A stretch of 64,000 nt of DNA from Paragordius varius. Lineage: Eukaryota; Animalia; Nematomorpha. Made by a program: the position numbers and the translations under genes. This document shows positions 28,001-39,209 of the stretch, one piece after another. The notes under the pieces are model-generated. The model searched no databases, had not been told where the DNA came from, and saw nothing but the letters and a program-made list of their open reading frames with translations. The stretch lies in contig OZ176050.1 in NCBI GenBank assembly GCA_964247055.1, positions 6,386,001 to 6,450,000 of the forward strand. Direction: 5' to 3'. The first letter of the stretch is position 1. Every line of letters begins with the position of its first letter.

Positions 28001-31000
28001 CTTTTTAGCCTTTTAGGCGCATTATACAATTTTTTTAAAAAAAATGTAAAGTAAAAAAATCGTCATCACAAATTTGCCGCCTTTTTTTCAATAACTATTT
28101 TAACTCGCTAATGCAGGCAAATAAATGTATACTACGGTTAAAAAATGTTAAAAACTTTTCTGGCTACATTTTACCAGCAAACATTAGATATATTTTGATT
28201 TTAATATCAGCTGTTCGTTCTATCATGTTTCGGAGCTGTCCCAATTTTAGACTCTAGAAGTCACAAAACTTTTAAAAATATAAGTTTTTTGTCTAATACA
28301 TGAGAATAATTTGATAATTAAACTAAAATTTAACTGTAGTTTATTTGCGAAGACTCTGTGATATAGAACTCCCCCAAAAGGTAAACTAGAACGAAAAAAA
28401 TGAAAAGGTAGTGGAGTATTAATATATTTTATTGTACTAATAATGATCTATTAATCATGCGAAAATATCTAAAATGTTTTTTTAAAACACAACATAAAGC
28501 TCGGTGAAATCTGATTCTCAAAACGGTAAAAACAATAATAATAATGGTCCTTTTGATGAATCTCTCGTTTCGCGTGATTATGCCATGGTTGGTGGTCAGC
28601 GATCTCAACATTTACTCTCTAATTCAGCCAACGCCAATAATCAAGCAGCTATCAATGAAAATGACAGGGTATTGACTTTGGTTTTGATTGTATTGAACTT
28701 ATTAAATATATATACTATAATTGGAGATCTAATTGGAATATCTATAAATTATAATTATGAAAACAAAGCATAAAAACTACAGTATTTAAAACCCTGATTT
28801 TTCAATGTAATGTATCTTTTAAGTTTCAGGTCTTTTATTTATACATTTTGTCTGTATAATTTTATTCTATCTTTAGTGCACATATGGCCTATTTTGGGAC
28901 TTAATAATATTTTTAAAAACCAGTAAATTATGATACACAAATAATAAAATACAAACATAAATATTGAACTTTTGTTTCATGAAAAAATCTGTTTTAATTT
29001 ATTAATTAATCTATTTTTATCATATTACATAAATAAATAAATGCAAATTACATACACTTGTTAATATTTAGTTTAATGCAATTAATATTTGTAAAATGTT
29101 GTTGCTATTTTTCATTTTTATAATGTTATTAAACTGAATTTGCCCTTATTAAATAACAGCATTAAGATAATTTAATTAATGTTTATAGGCCATTATGAGA
29201 CAGTTGCCACAAGAAGCCAAAGCTAAAATCCAACGAGAAATTTTATCTTTCCGAGAACAAAAAGCAACTTTTGACAGAGAAGTCTCTAAATGGGAAGATG
29301 CTGGAAATGATATTGTAGTTATCGCTAAACGAATGTGCATTATCATGATGGAAATGACTGATTTTACAAGGTATGCCATTTTTATTCCAATTATTTAAAA
29401 GCAACATTTTTTTCTAACTTCATAATTTTAGCATTAATTGAGTATAAAAAAATTTTCACACAAAGAGTTGCCATGTATCAAAAAAATGTTATTTCTGTAT
29501 AAAAATGGTAGTTTATTTTTAATTAATCACCCATATACCTTTGCATTCTTTTGTTTATAGAGGTCGGGGACCGTTGAAAAGCACAATGGATGTTATTTCT
29601 GCCGCACAAAAGATTAGTGAAATTGGTAATAATATTTTTATTATTAATATTATCCTTTTTTTCCTTTTTAATAATTTACAACATTTTCCATTCTCATGAA
29701 TTCCAATTTTTGTTTAGGCAAGGGTTTGGACAAATTGGCACGAAGCATAGCTGACACATGTCCAGAATCATCAACCAAAAAAGATTTGTTAGCATACCTC
29801 CAAAGACTCGATTTGTATTGTCAACAATTGGCTATAACATCAAAAGTTAAGGCGGATGTCACTAACGTGGGTGGGGAAATTGTAGTGTCTGGGGTAAATT
29901 CCATCAAATTTATGTATTTTTATGTTTACTTTTGATTTTATCCCCCATATTTTTGCCTATTCCTATATTAATCAAATCAGAAATATGCCTTTTTCTAAAT
30001 TTTTAATGATTTTTAATTGGATTGAAACATTATATTAAAATAAATGGTATTTAAATTTAATAACTCTGTTAAACTTGGAAACCCTTTTTTTTCATTTTTT
30101 TCATTAAAATGCGACACGCGAATGTTTTTTTTATGAAAAAAGACCTCTATTTACTTTACATTTTTTTCTTGCCTACTACAACTGTTAATCTTTTCGCCCT
30201 ATTTTTGTATTTTCATATTTAAAACTCGCTAGTCAACGCTGCCAATGTCTTAAATTTACGCAATGTTCATGAAACATACAATACATTATTATTAAATAAT
30301 ATAATTTTTACACATGCTCTATAATAGCTGGATAGTGTAACATCATTGATAACTGCAGCAAAGAATCTTATGAATACGGTCGTACTTATTGTTAAATCTT
30401 CGTACGTGGCATCAACCAAATACAATCGTTACAGAGTTAAAAACACCAATCAACCGGCCCCACCAGTTGTTGTTTCGTGGAAAATGAAGCCACCCCAAAA
30501 GAAACCATTAGTTAGAATAGAAAAGTATACGCATTATTTTTTTTTGAAATTGGCAATTAAGGTGTATATTAATGCATATAGCCAAATATAAGCATGATTC
30601 GTTTTAAGTATTAACATTGTATATGAATTATATAATCGTTTTGCTTAATAAAATTTGATTTATGGAAAAATATAATAATTAATCGATTTTATTGATATTG
30701 ATGTTTAAAACTTAAAAAACAGGTTGTGTTTTATTAAGTCAATGTGTGGTCATAAACCATATGTGTTTAAATTTGTTTTTTCTTAAACACTTTTTTGTGT
30801 AAAATATAATAGTGAACAATGTAAAAAAAATTGCATAATTTTGCAACACATCCATATGGTATCGATATGTGGATTATTTGTGTTTTTTTATAATTTATTT
30901 AAAAATAATATTAATTAATTTTACAAACATACTTTTTTCAGAGAGAATGAAAAAAACGGATGCAATCGATCAATTATACGTCGAGCATCAAACAAGCGAA

Positions 31001-31047
31001 AAGAAGCGCCCATTAAAGCTTTAAATGAATTTCATCAAAATTTTTAA
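20243..31047 (+). CDS. CTNNA: Alpha-catenin (vinculin family), 18 exons
   Basis: Exons: 20243-20344, 20366-20542, 21019-21408, 22194-22434, 22755-22825, 22895-22998, 23516-23663, 24243-24464, 25081-25330, 25705-25959, 26253-26409, 27197-27331, 28500-28668, 29189-29370, 29561-29625, 29718-29893, 30328-30524, 30942-31047, with consistent phases. Motifs: KWDPTNLEIKT, LEPLILQ-VTTLVN, FADDPC, RAVVDHVSDSFLET, YPQVINAARILA, AIMRQLPQE, KWEDAGNDIVVIAKRMC, WKMKPPQKKPLVR, ALNEF. Confidence 0.96.
20345..20365 (+). other. 21-nt spliceosomal micro-intron (alpha-catenin intron 1)
   Basis: GTATATTGTTTGTTTATGTAG. Removal joins LEPLILQ|VTTLVN; retention places an in-frame TAG. Confidence 0.9.
22066..22092. 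repeat. (TA)n microsatellite in an alpha-catenin intron
   Basis: Direct reading of the TA run. Confidence 0.9.
27905..28418. mobile_element. TTAA-flanked (piggyBac-like) MITE, family Z, 514 bp, in an alpha-catenin intron
   Basis: TTAA|CACTCCACTACCTTTT ... AAAAGGTAGTGGAGTA|TTAA: 16-bp TIR with one mismatch and TTAA on both sides. Confidence 0.8.
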
Positions 31048-31756
31048 TATATATTTGTCTAGAATTTCACCGCATTTAAATTATTTATTTTGTAAATTTT
31101 TTACACGCTATATGGCATTTATTATAATAATTCACTATTTATATAATTAAATTATTTATATTTTATCTTAGTAAATAAATATTTATTTTGATTAAATAAC
31201 ATATACTGTAAAAAATGCGAAACTCTGTATGGCTAAAATGTTTTTTTTTGCTTGGGTAACTTGCAGAAAGTTTCTTTATGATAATTTTTTAGACTTGGAT
31301 TAGTTTGTTAGCAAGAGTTTGAATTTAATACTTCTTTAATTTACAAAGCTGTTATATTAATTTTGTATAAATATTCGCTTCACGTTATTAATTAATTTGG
31401 TATATTTATATTATTTTAACGGTTATTATTTTAAAATTAGCAACCATGATTTTTTTGGCTTTAATTTTTTTAACAAATGTGATAAATAAACTCACAAGTA
31501 AAAATAGTATTTTCAAAAAAAATTATTGTTGGTGCAAAAAATTAGGGATTTAAATATATCATTAGGAAATAAATATATCTGGATTCTCAATGCATTTGGT
31601 TTTCGTCTTACGGGTGATTTAAGAAAATTTCTACTTTTTTGCAAACTGCTTCTTATCAAAAATCGCAAAATTGGAGCACATTCCAAATAAATTTTTTTGG
31701 GGGAAATTTATATGGTTAATTTTAAAAAATATGAACAAAATATATTATATACTATA

Positions 31757-32171
31757 CTAGCGTAAATCTCGTGCTGCTACGCAGCCCGAGGAAGTCCTTC
31801 GGACTTCTGGGGGGAATGGCATTTTACGGGGGGAGCGGGTAAAAAGAGGGCTTAAATCAAAAAAGTGACTCGACTATGTTCGGCGCAATCGAAAATAAGT
31901 AAACAAAAATCATATTTGAAATTGAATGGTCCAACACGTTCTCCGGAAAATTGTCTCAAAAACACGATTTTTGGGGACTTCTGTTTTCAAAAAAACCCGT
32001 TTTCATACGGGGTGGGCCCGAACTGGGGGCCTATTTCAAAAAAAGGGCGAAGCTATTGTCGGGACATTTATTAATGATTATAATTTTTCGATATTTGGAT
32101 TTGATTGGGTCTACCGGTTTTCCTGTACCAGATCACAAAGCCAGCATTTTCCATTTTTATAAATATATAGA
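31757..32171 (-). mobile_element. Non-autonomous Helitron family B, short (415 bp) internally deleted copy
   Basis: Minus-strand 5' end A|TCTATATATTTATAAAAATGG and 3' end hairpins + CTAG|T; inserted between A and T with no TSD. Confidence 0.85.
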
Positions 32172-32181
32172 TTAAAAACAA

Positions 32182-33180
32182 TCTATATATTTATAAAAAT
32201 GGAAAATGCTGGCTTTGTGATATGGTACAGGAAAACCGGTAGACCCATTCAAATCCAAACTTCGAAAAAATATAATCATTAATAAATGTCCCGACAATAG
32301 CTTCGCCCTTTTTTTGAAATAAGCCCCCAGTTCGGGCCCACCCCGTATGAAAACGGGTTTTTTTTTGAAAACAGAAGTCCCCAAAAATCGTGTCTTTGAG
32401 ACAATTTTCCGGAGAACGTGTTGGACCATTCAATTTCAAATATAATTTTTGTTTACTTATTTTCGATTGCGCCGAACATAGTCGAGTCACTTTTTTGATT
32501 TAGGCCCTCTTTTTACCCGCTCTTCCCGTAAAATGCCACCTTTTTCAAAAAACAAAGTCCACAAAAATATTTTTTTAAATCGATTTTTCGCCCTAGGTAT
32601 GAGACCGTAAAAATTCAATAAAGATTCCACGTTTCCCTGTTAAAAGGCAAAAAATTTAGTCAAACGTTTCTTGGATGATAGCTGTTGGGTAATTAGCTAC
32701 CCGCTAAAACTGATTTCTCATGTAACTTTGTGATCTGTTTCCGGAAAACCGGTGAACGCAATCAAATCCAAATATCGAAAAAATATAATCATAAATAAAT
32801 GTCCCGACAATAGCTTCGCCCGTTTTTGGAATTAGGTCCCCAGTTCGGGCCCACCCCGTGTGAAAAAGGGGTTAAGTCAATTTTTTGGAGAACGTGTTGG
32901 ACCATTCAATTTCAAATATGATTTTTGTTTACTTATTTTTGATCGCGCTGAACATAGTCGACTCACTTTTTTGATTTGGGCCCTCTTTTTACCCGCTACC
33001 CCCGTAAAATGCCATTTTTTTTAAAAAAAAACAAAGTCCACAAAAATAATTTTTTGATTGTATTTTTTTTCCTACGGTATGAGACTGTAAAAATTCGAGA
33101 AGGTTTTTTCGTATTGCCTGTTAAAAGGCAAAAATTTTAGTCAAGCGTTTCTTTGATGATAGATGCTGAGTAAGGAGTAT
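32182..33180 (+). mobile_element. Helitron family B copy lacking its 3' terminus
   Basis: Starts A|TCTATATATTTATAAAAATGG. Internal repeat of about 510 bp (TTCGGGCCCACCCCG at 32331 and 32844). Similarity stops near 33180 with no CTAG end. Confidence 0.8.
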
Positions 33181-33238
33181 CTATCATATGTATAGCATGT
33201 TAAAAGATATATGGATATTAATACATTATTTATGGTAA

Positions 33239-34218
33239 TCTATATATTTATAAAAATGGAAAATGCTGGCTTTGTGATCTGGTACAGGAAAACCGGTAGA
33301 CACATTCAAATCCAAACATCGAAAAAATATAATCATTAATGAATGCCCCGACAATAGCTTCGCCCTTTTTTTGAAATAGGCCCCCAGTTCGGGCCCACCC
33401 CGTGTGAAAAACGGGTTTTTTTGAAAACAGAAGTTCACAAAAATCGTGTCTTTGAGACAATTTTCCGGAGAACGTGTTGGTCTATTTCAAATATGATTTT
33501 TATTTAGTTATTTTCGATTGCGCCAAACATAGTCGAGTAACTTTTTTGATTTAGGCCCTCTTTTTACCCGCTCCCCCCGTAAAATGCCATTTTTTTCAAA
33601 AAACAAAGTCCACAAAAATATTTTTTTAAATCTCTTTTTCGACCAAGACATGAGACCGTAAAAATTAATTATGATTCCACGTATTCCCTGTTAAAAGGCA
33701 AAAATTTAAGCCAAGCGTTTCTTTGATGATAGCTGCTGGGTAAGGAGCTACCCGCGAAAAACTGATTTCTCATGTAACTTTGTGATCTGTTTCCGGAAAA
33801 CCGGTGAACCCATTCAAATCCAAATATCGAAAAAATATAGTCATTAATGAATGCCCCGACAATGGCTTCGCCCTTTTTTGGTATTAGGTTTCCAGTTCGG
33901 GCCCACCCCGTGTGAAAAATGGGTTAAGTCAATTTTTTGGAGAACGTGTTGGACCATTCAATTTCAAATATGATTTTTGTTTACTTATTTTTGATCGCGC
34001 TGAACATAGTCGACTCACTTTTTTGATTTAGGCCCTCTTTTTACCCGCTCCCCCTGTAAAATGCCATTTTTTTCAAAAAACAAAGTCCAGCTATTAACTA
34101 AGTTTTCGAAATAATCCACATATGTAGATCATTTTGTCCCTTTTTTCAAATAACCCCCCCCCCCCCAGAAGTCCGAAGGACTTCCTCGGGCTGCGTAGCA
34201 GCACGAGATTTACGCTAG
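33239..34218 (+). mobile_element. Helitron family B, complete 980-bp non-autonomous copy
   Basis: A|TCTATATAT start at 33239; two internal units of about 508 bp; C13 run; hairpins GAAGTCC-GAA-GGACTTC (34168-34184) and GCTGC-GTA-GCAGC (34190-34202); CTAG|T at 34215-34219. Confidence 0.88.
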
Positions 34219-34949
34219 TATATCTATAAAATTTTAATTATCAGATGTAGGCTCCTAAATTTTAAAATGTTGGGACATCGAAAATGGGATAGTTTACTAG
34301 AGTAAATGCTAGAGGGCGAGATTGTTTGATAACTTATTTAGATCAGTGGTTTTTAAACTCGCGGCCCATTGGCCGCATCCGGTCTTAAAGCTTTTTAGTC
34401 CCAGAATTATTCATTATTTGTCGTTATTGTTTAGTGCACGGTTGAAACGGAAAATATTTTGTACGGCTCTTTAAAATTGTTTGAGGAGTACCATCAAGCT
34501 AGATTGGACCAAAAAAATATTTTTTTAAAAAAATGTACATATTTCCTAAATAAAATTTTATCAAAATTTTGTTGACGTATTTGATTATTTTGAAGAATGA
34601 CCTTATTAATACGCATTTCACAGAATTCATTGACCTTAAACATTTTCACAACAAAAATATTTGTCTTCAAACATTGAAAAAAGTATTTTTTCGAATCGTC
34701 ATTTTTTTATAAAAAATAAACGCGCAATCTCGGAATTTTTCCGTTTAAAGGACTCTTCCATTTTAGAGGGTGCCAAAATTTGAGACTTTCGGAGTTTGAA
34801 AATTAATATTTTTTGTTTATAATAGTTCATATACTTGATTGATATTTTTTAGAATTAATAATTTGGCTTTCACCAAAAAAAATAAAATCGCAAATATGGG
34901 ATTTTTCTATAGAAAAATAACCTGATTATATATATATATATACATTATG

Positions 34950-35240
34950 GTAGGGAAATGTATCAGGATTACCATGGTGCTTTTGGTTTTGGCTTTTACG
35001 AGTGATTTAAGAAAGTTATTGCACTTTTGGAGTAAGTATCATATTGGAAAATGGCAAAATTTGCGAATATTTATTTTAATAATTTTTTTGGTGAAAGCTA
35101 GAGGCTTTCCAAAAAATATCACAAAATATACCATAACAAATAAGCAACAATATTTTCAGATGTGGGCTTTAAAAATCCCAAATTATTTTGCCATTCTAAA
35201 ATGTGCTAGTCCTCTTAAAATTAACGCAAAAATGCCGGAT
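34950..35240 (+). repeat. Unclassified interspersed repeat family X
   Basis: GAAATGTATCAGGATTA...GAGTGATTTAAGAAAGTTAT...GGCAAAATTT is shared with the sequence split by the hAT at 17070/18470, with about 62115-62290, and (inverted, more diverged) with about 39700-39840. Confidence 0.55.
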
Positions 35241-35769
35241 TGCGCGATAAAATTTTCAATATATGCTAAAAATACATTCTTTTTTCGAAATTTAATTTTT
35301 AGCAACATTTTGTAGAAACGTAGGCCATATTCTTATGAGGCATGAGTGAAACGGTTCAAATTTAAGCTATTATAGAAAAACATTTTCTATATAATTCAAA
35401 TATGTGAAGATTTCTATCTTTTAGAATTTTAAAATTTCGTTGGCTCAAAAATATTGGTGAATTTTTCTAAAAATCACAATATTTATTTAACATAGATTTG
35501 AAAACGAACAAGTATTTTAATCAAAATTCTGATGTGATAGAAATATTCAGCATTACCGAATTATACATAAAAGGTGTTGCAAAATAATATGCATTTTAAA
35601 TTTTTTTAGCTGATCTAAAAATTTACCATATAAATATTTTAGACATTCATTTCAATCCTTTTATTTAAATTGGGTTGGATACCCGAAGCCTATTTATTGA
35701 AAAATAATTAGTTCAAAAAATATGAAATGAATTGAAGCCATGGCAAAGTTTCGACTTTTATAACATTAA

Positions 35770-36321
35770 CACTTTGATTCAAATTGGGGTATCTAAATAC
35801 CCTAGACTAAATTTAAGTTGAGATTTCTAAAAAACTACTAAAAGAAAAGGTCTTAATTTAAATTTATGCTTCTATCCCAATAAAAATTTTATAAATATGC
35901 CAAATTATCTAAATAAAATTTTGTTTTGAAAAAAAAGTTCCATGTCAAACTACTTGGACGCCATTTTTATTTTACAAAATTTTTGCAAAATATCGTCTTC
36001 ATTTAATTTTAAGGGTAAAATTTAATCTATTTTTTTATTTAAATTACATCTAACATTGATAGAAATAGAAAAAGCGGTTTATTTTTTAATTTTACCACTG
36101 CCCACATGTTACGTTGAGTAAATTTTTACCCTTTGGTTTAAGCTTAAAATATATGAATATTTTTGAATAAATTTTTTTATATATTTCGGTTTATTAATGT
36201 TACATAAGTGCGTTTCGATTCCTTTCATATTTTTTAAAGAATTTAATTTTAAACAGGCCTGGGGTATTCAACTACCTCAATTTAAATAGAAGGATTAAAA
36301 TGAATGTGTTGTATCCAAGTG
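35770..36321 (-). mobile_element. Family-Y MITE (552 bp) inserted at an internal TTAA of the outer copy
   Basis: TTAA|CACTTTGATTC ... GTATCCAAGTG|TTAA; reverse-orientation match to 50768-51338. Confidence 0.8.
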
Positions 36322-36864
36322 TTAATAAACCGAAATATAATAAATAATTCATTCAAAAATACCTGATATTACTTATTTTAAGGTAAATCCCAAAGGTATA
36401 AATTAAGTTGAAATTACACGTGTGCATAGCCAATTTTTAAAAAAAACACTAGTATTTCTAATTCTATCAATGTTAGATGTGATTTAAATAAAACCTAGCT
36501 TTAATGTTCTCTTTTAAATTAAGACTTCAATTCAAATTAGGATATCTAAATAGCCCAGACTAAATTTAAGTTAATATTTTTAAAAAATACTGAAGGTAAC
36601 GGTACCAATTTAAATTTATGCTTCTCTCCTAACAAAAAATATATTAAGCTAAAATATTTTAAATTTCCTTTAAAAAAAAGTTCCATGTCAAACTACTTCT
36701 ACGCCATTTGTATTTTACAAAATTTTTGCAAAATATCACGTTCATTTAAATTTAAAGGTAAAATTAAAGCTAATTTTTTATTTAAATCACATCTAACATT
36801 GATAAAAATAAATAAAGTGGTTTAATTTGCATTATTTTTTTAATTTAGTCAATAACGTGTATAT

Positions 36865-39209
36865 CAGGGGTGGCCACACTTTTTTTGTCGCGAGCTTTTT
36901 TTTGGCTTTTTTGTTAAAAAAAGAGTTCGCGGTCACCCAGAAATATTTATCAAAAAAACTCAATCAACACTTTAAATGATGTATATACCTGCTTTACAGA
37001 TTAGAGTGACTTGTTTAAACCATTTTAAAATTGTAATTTTTTTTATCTATCAACCAAATACAAAAATAATTTTAATTAAAAGACACCGTTATTAACTACC
37101 TTAATTTTTTAACCAACATAAAACACTTCAAAATATTTATTTATTAAATTTCTATTATATGAAATTTTACAATATAAAAATTTAAACAATGCATTTGAAA
37201 TTAAAGGGGAGAATACATTATGATACAAAAAATAAAAGAAATAAAAAATAGCATTCCAATTTAGAACCATAATTTGAACATAAATAAGAGTACATTAAAA
37301 TTTCATCAGTTTTAATTCTATCCACATATTTTTTAGTAAATCGGCTTTTTCCTAAGCGAAAATACAACTCGATAAACATCCATATTTAATAAAGAAAAAA
37401 AATATTTAAAACGCCCGACAGCGAAAAAATTCAGAAAGGTTATCTAAATTAGGTTCAAACGAAGTCAAAGCAATTCTCAAACATGATTCTAAATGTTTAT
37501 TAGTTAATTGTGACCTCTGTTTAGTTTTGATAGCATTCATAATTGAAAAAGCCGATTCACATAAATATGTGGATCCAAAAAAAGAATTGAATAATGCAGC
37601 GGTTTTCCAAATATGGGGATATTTATCTTTATTTATAAATTTATATATATCTGATCCTAATGTTTTTAGATGGATATCGCATTTAACATTTATTAATTCC
37701 TCTTCCAACTCTGCTAAATTTGGTACACCAAGAAAGTGGCTGAGTTTTTGAGCAATATATTCAACATTATTATTATTTTTAAATGGGCATGATAAAAAAA
37801 TAGCGATGTCTTCAAGTTTATTTATAGATGAAAATCGTTTTTCAAAATCATTAATAAGCAGACCAATCACATCTGCATATTTTTCAAAAGAGAGATTCTC
37901 TATTTTTTCAGACACCGCTGCCAGATTAAAAAAATGTTTTAAATCTCGGTTTTTTAATTGTGTTTCTACTACTGTTAGTGTTTCCTTAAAAGATTTTAAA
38001 GCACCCATCATATCCATTATTGTTTTATCTTTTCCTTGTAATTGGATGTTTAATTTATGCAATTTTTCCGTGATATCGCATAAAAATGTAAGATCAAGCA
38101 GCCAATCTTGATCTTTCAATTCAGGGTATGAAAATTTAGAATTCTCTAAAAAAATTTCTATTTGTGGTAAAAGTTGCCTAAATCTAATTAAAAATGCGGG
38201 ACGACTCAACCACCTTACATCAGTATTTAATAATTCCTCCTTTGCAGATAAATCACTAAATATCATACGAATAAAAATGCATAATTGGGCGATTCCAACA
38301 TAATCGGTGGACTCATCGAGTTGCAAAGAAAAAAAATACAGTTATTAATATTTTCATGTAAATTTCATCAAGATTATTACTAATATCTTCAGCCCTGCGC
38401 ATAACGGTATTTCTCGATAAGCTTATGCTTTTAATAGCTGTCATAATATTATTTTTGTTATCAAAATTTTCAAATAAAATATCACAAGCGCTAATAAAGG
38501 CTTCTTTAAATATTTTACCATCTTGGAATGGCTTATTGTTCCGAATGAGTATTTCCGCTACCTTGAATGAAGCAATCGTAGCATTTTTATAGTCTTTGTT
38601 GTATTTAAGTATGCTATTTTGTGAGGCGGATAATTGTTCTTTTAATTCCTTTACTTTAATGTTGCGTTCTTGAGTTTGTAAGGGGTAGTTTTTGGAGTAA
38701 TGTGGATGCAGAGATCTATAATGTCTTTCAATATTTGACTTTTTGGGCAAAGCAACAGTACTATTGCATATTAGACAGGTGCATGTTTCATTTATCATAA
38801 TAAAAAAGTATTCATGCTCCCAATCTTTCTTGTATCTGTACAACTTTTTTTGGCTCATTCTAAAATATAAGTTTTAAAAACCTACTTTTGGTGTATCAAA
38901 TCAAATCTAACTTCACGATTATGCTTCTGATTTATGAATAAGCTTTGCTCAAAGTTTTGATATATTCAAGGGAAATGACTGATTTTAAGTTTTAATGCAA
39001 ATGCTCCAAAACATATGAATTATAATTAATAAAATAATTTTTTTACACCCTTTTCTTAGACGTTTTTTTTAATATTTTTTTTGTATTTTAAATTTAAATT
39101 CGCTCAGAAGTAGCCAACTATCCGAAAAAAATCAATAAATTTTTTTAAAAAAAATATTTTCAGGCGGTCCCTTTTTGAGTTGTCGCGGTCACCTCGTTGG
39201 CCACCCCTG
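36865..39209 (-). mobile_element. hAT DNA transposon (Charlie/Buster, GTF2IRD2-like transposase group), 2345 bp
   Basis: TIR CAGGGGTGGCCA / TGGCCACCCCTG and perfect 8-bp TSD GTGTATAT (36857-36864, 39210-39217). Confidence 0.93.
37406..38858 (-). pseudogene. Disabled hAT transposase: frameshift plus internal deletion
   Basis: ORF 38858-38313 (WEHEYFF..CLIC..NIERHY, SLSRNTVMRR) and ORF 38326-37406 (LQLDESTD, VRWLS, FGSTYLCESAFS..KTKQRSQL). The frame shifts near 38362. AKEELL joins directly to NTDVRWLS, so the segment with the second catalytic Asp and the CxxH motif is missing. Confidence 0.88.

Noticed and set aside
31865-33460. Cluster of similar 69-99 aa ORFs on both strands (also 12798-13031) that look like a repeated gene family
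   Set aside because: They fall within copies of the non-autonomous Helitron and its palindrome, use different frames, mostly start at non-ATG codons and show no recognisable motif.
34344-34400. CAGTGGTTTTTAAACT...GGCC Charlie-type hAT terminus (similar words at about 55650, 61650, 62294, 63141)
   Set aside because: No partner TIR with a matching 8-bp TSD could be paired, so element boundaries are unsupported.
34947-35315. 122-aa ATG-initiated ORF with a hydrophobic N-terminus
   Set aside because: Lies in repeat family X; the other copies do not preserve the frame.
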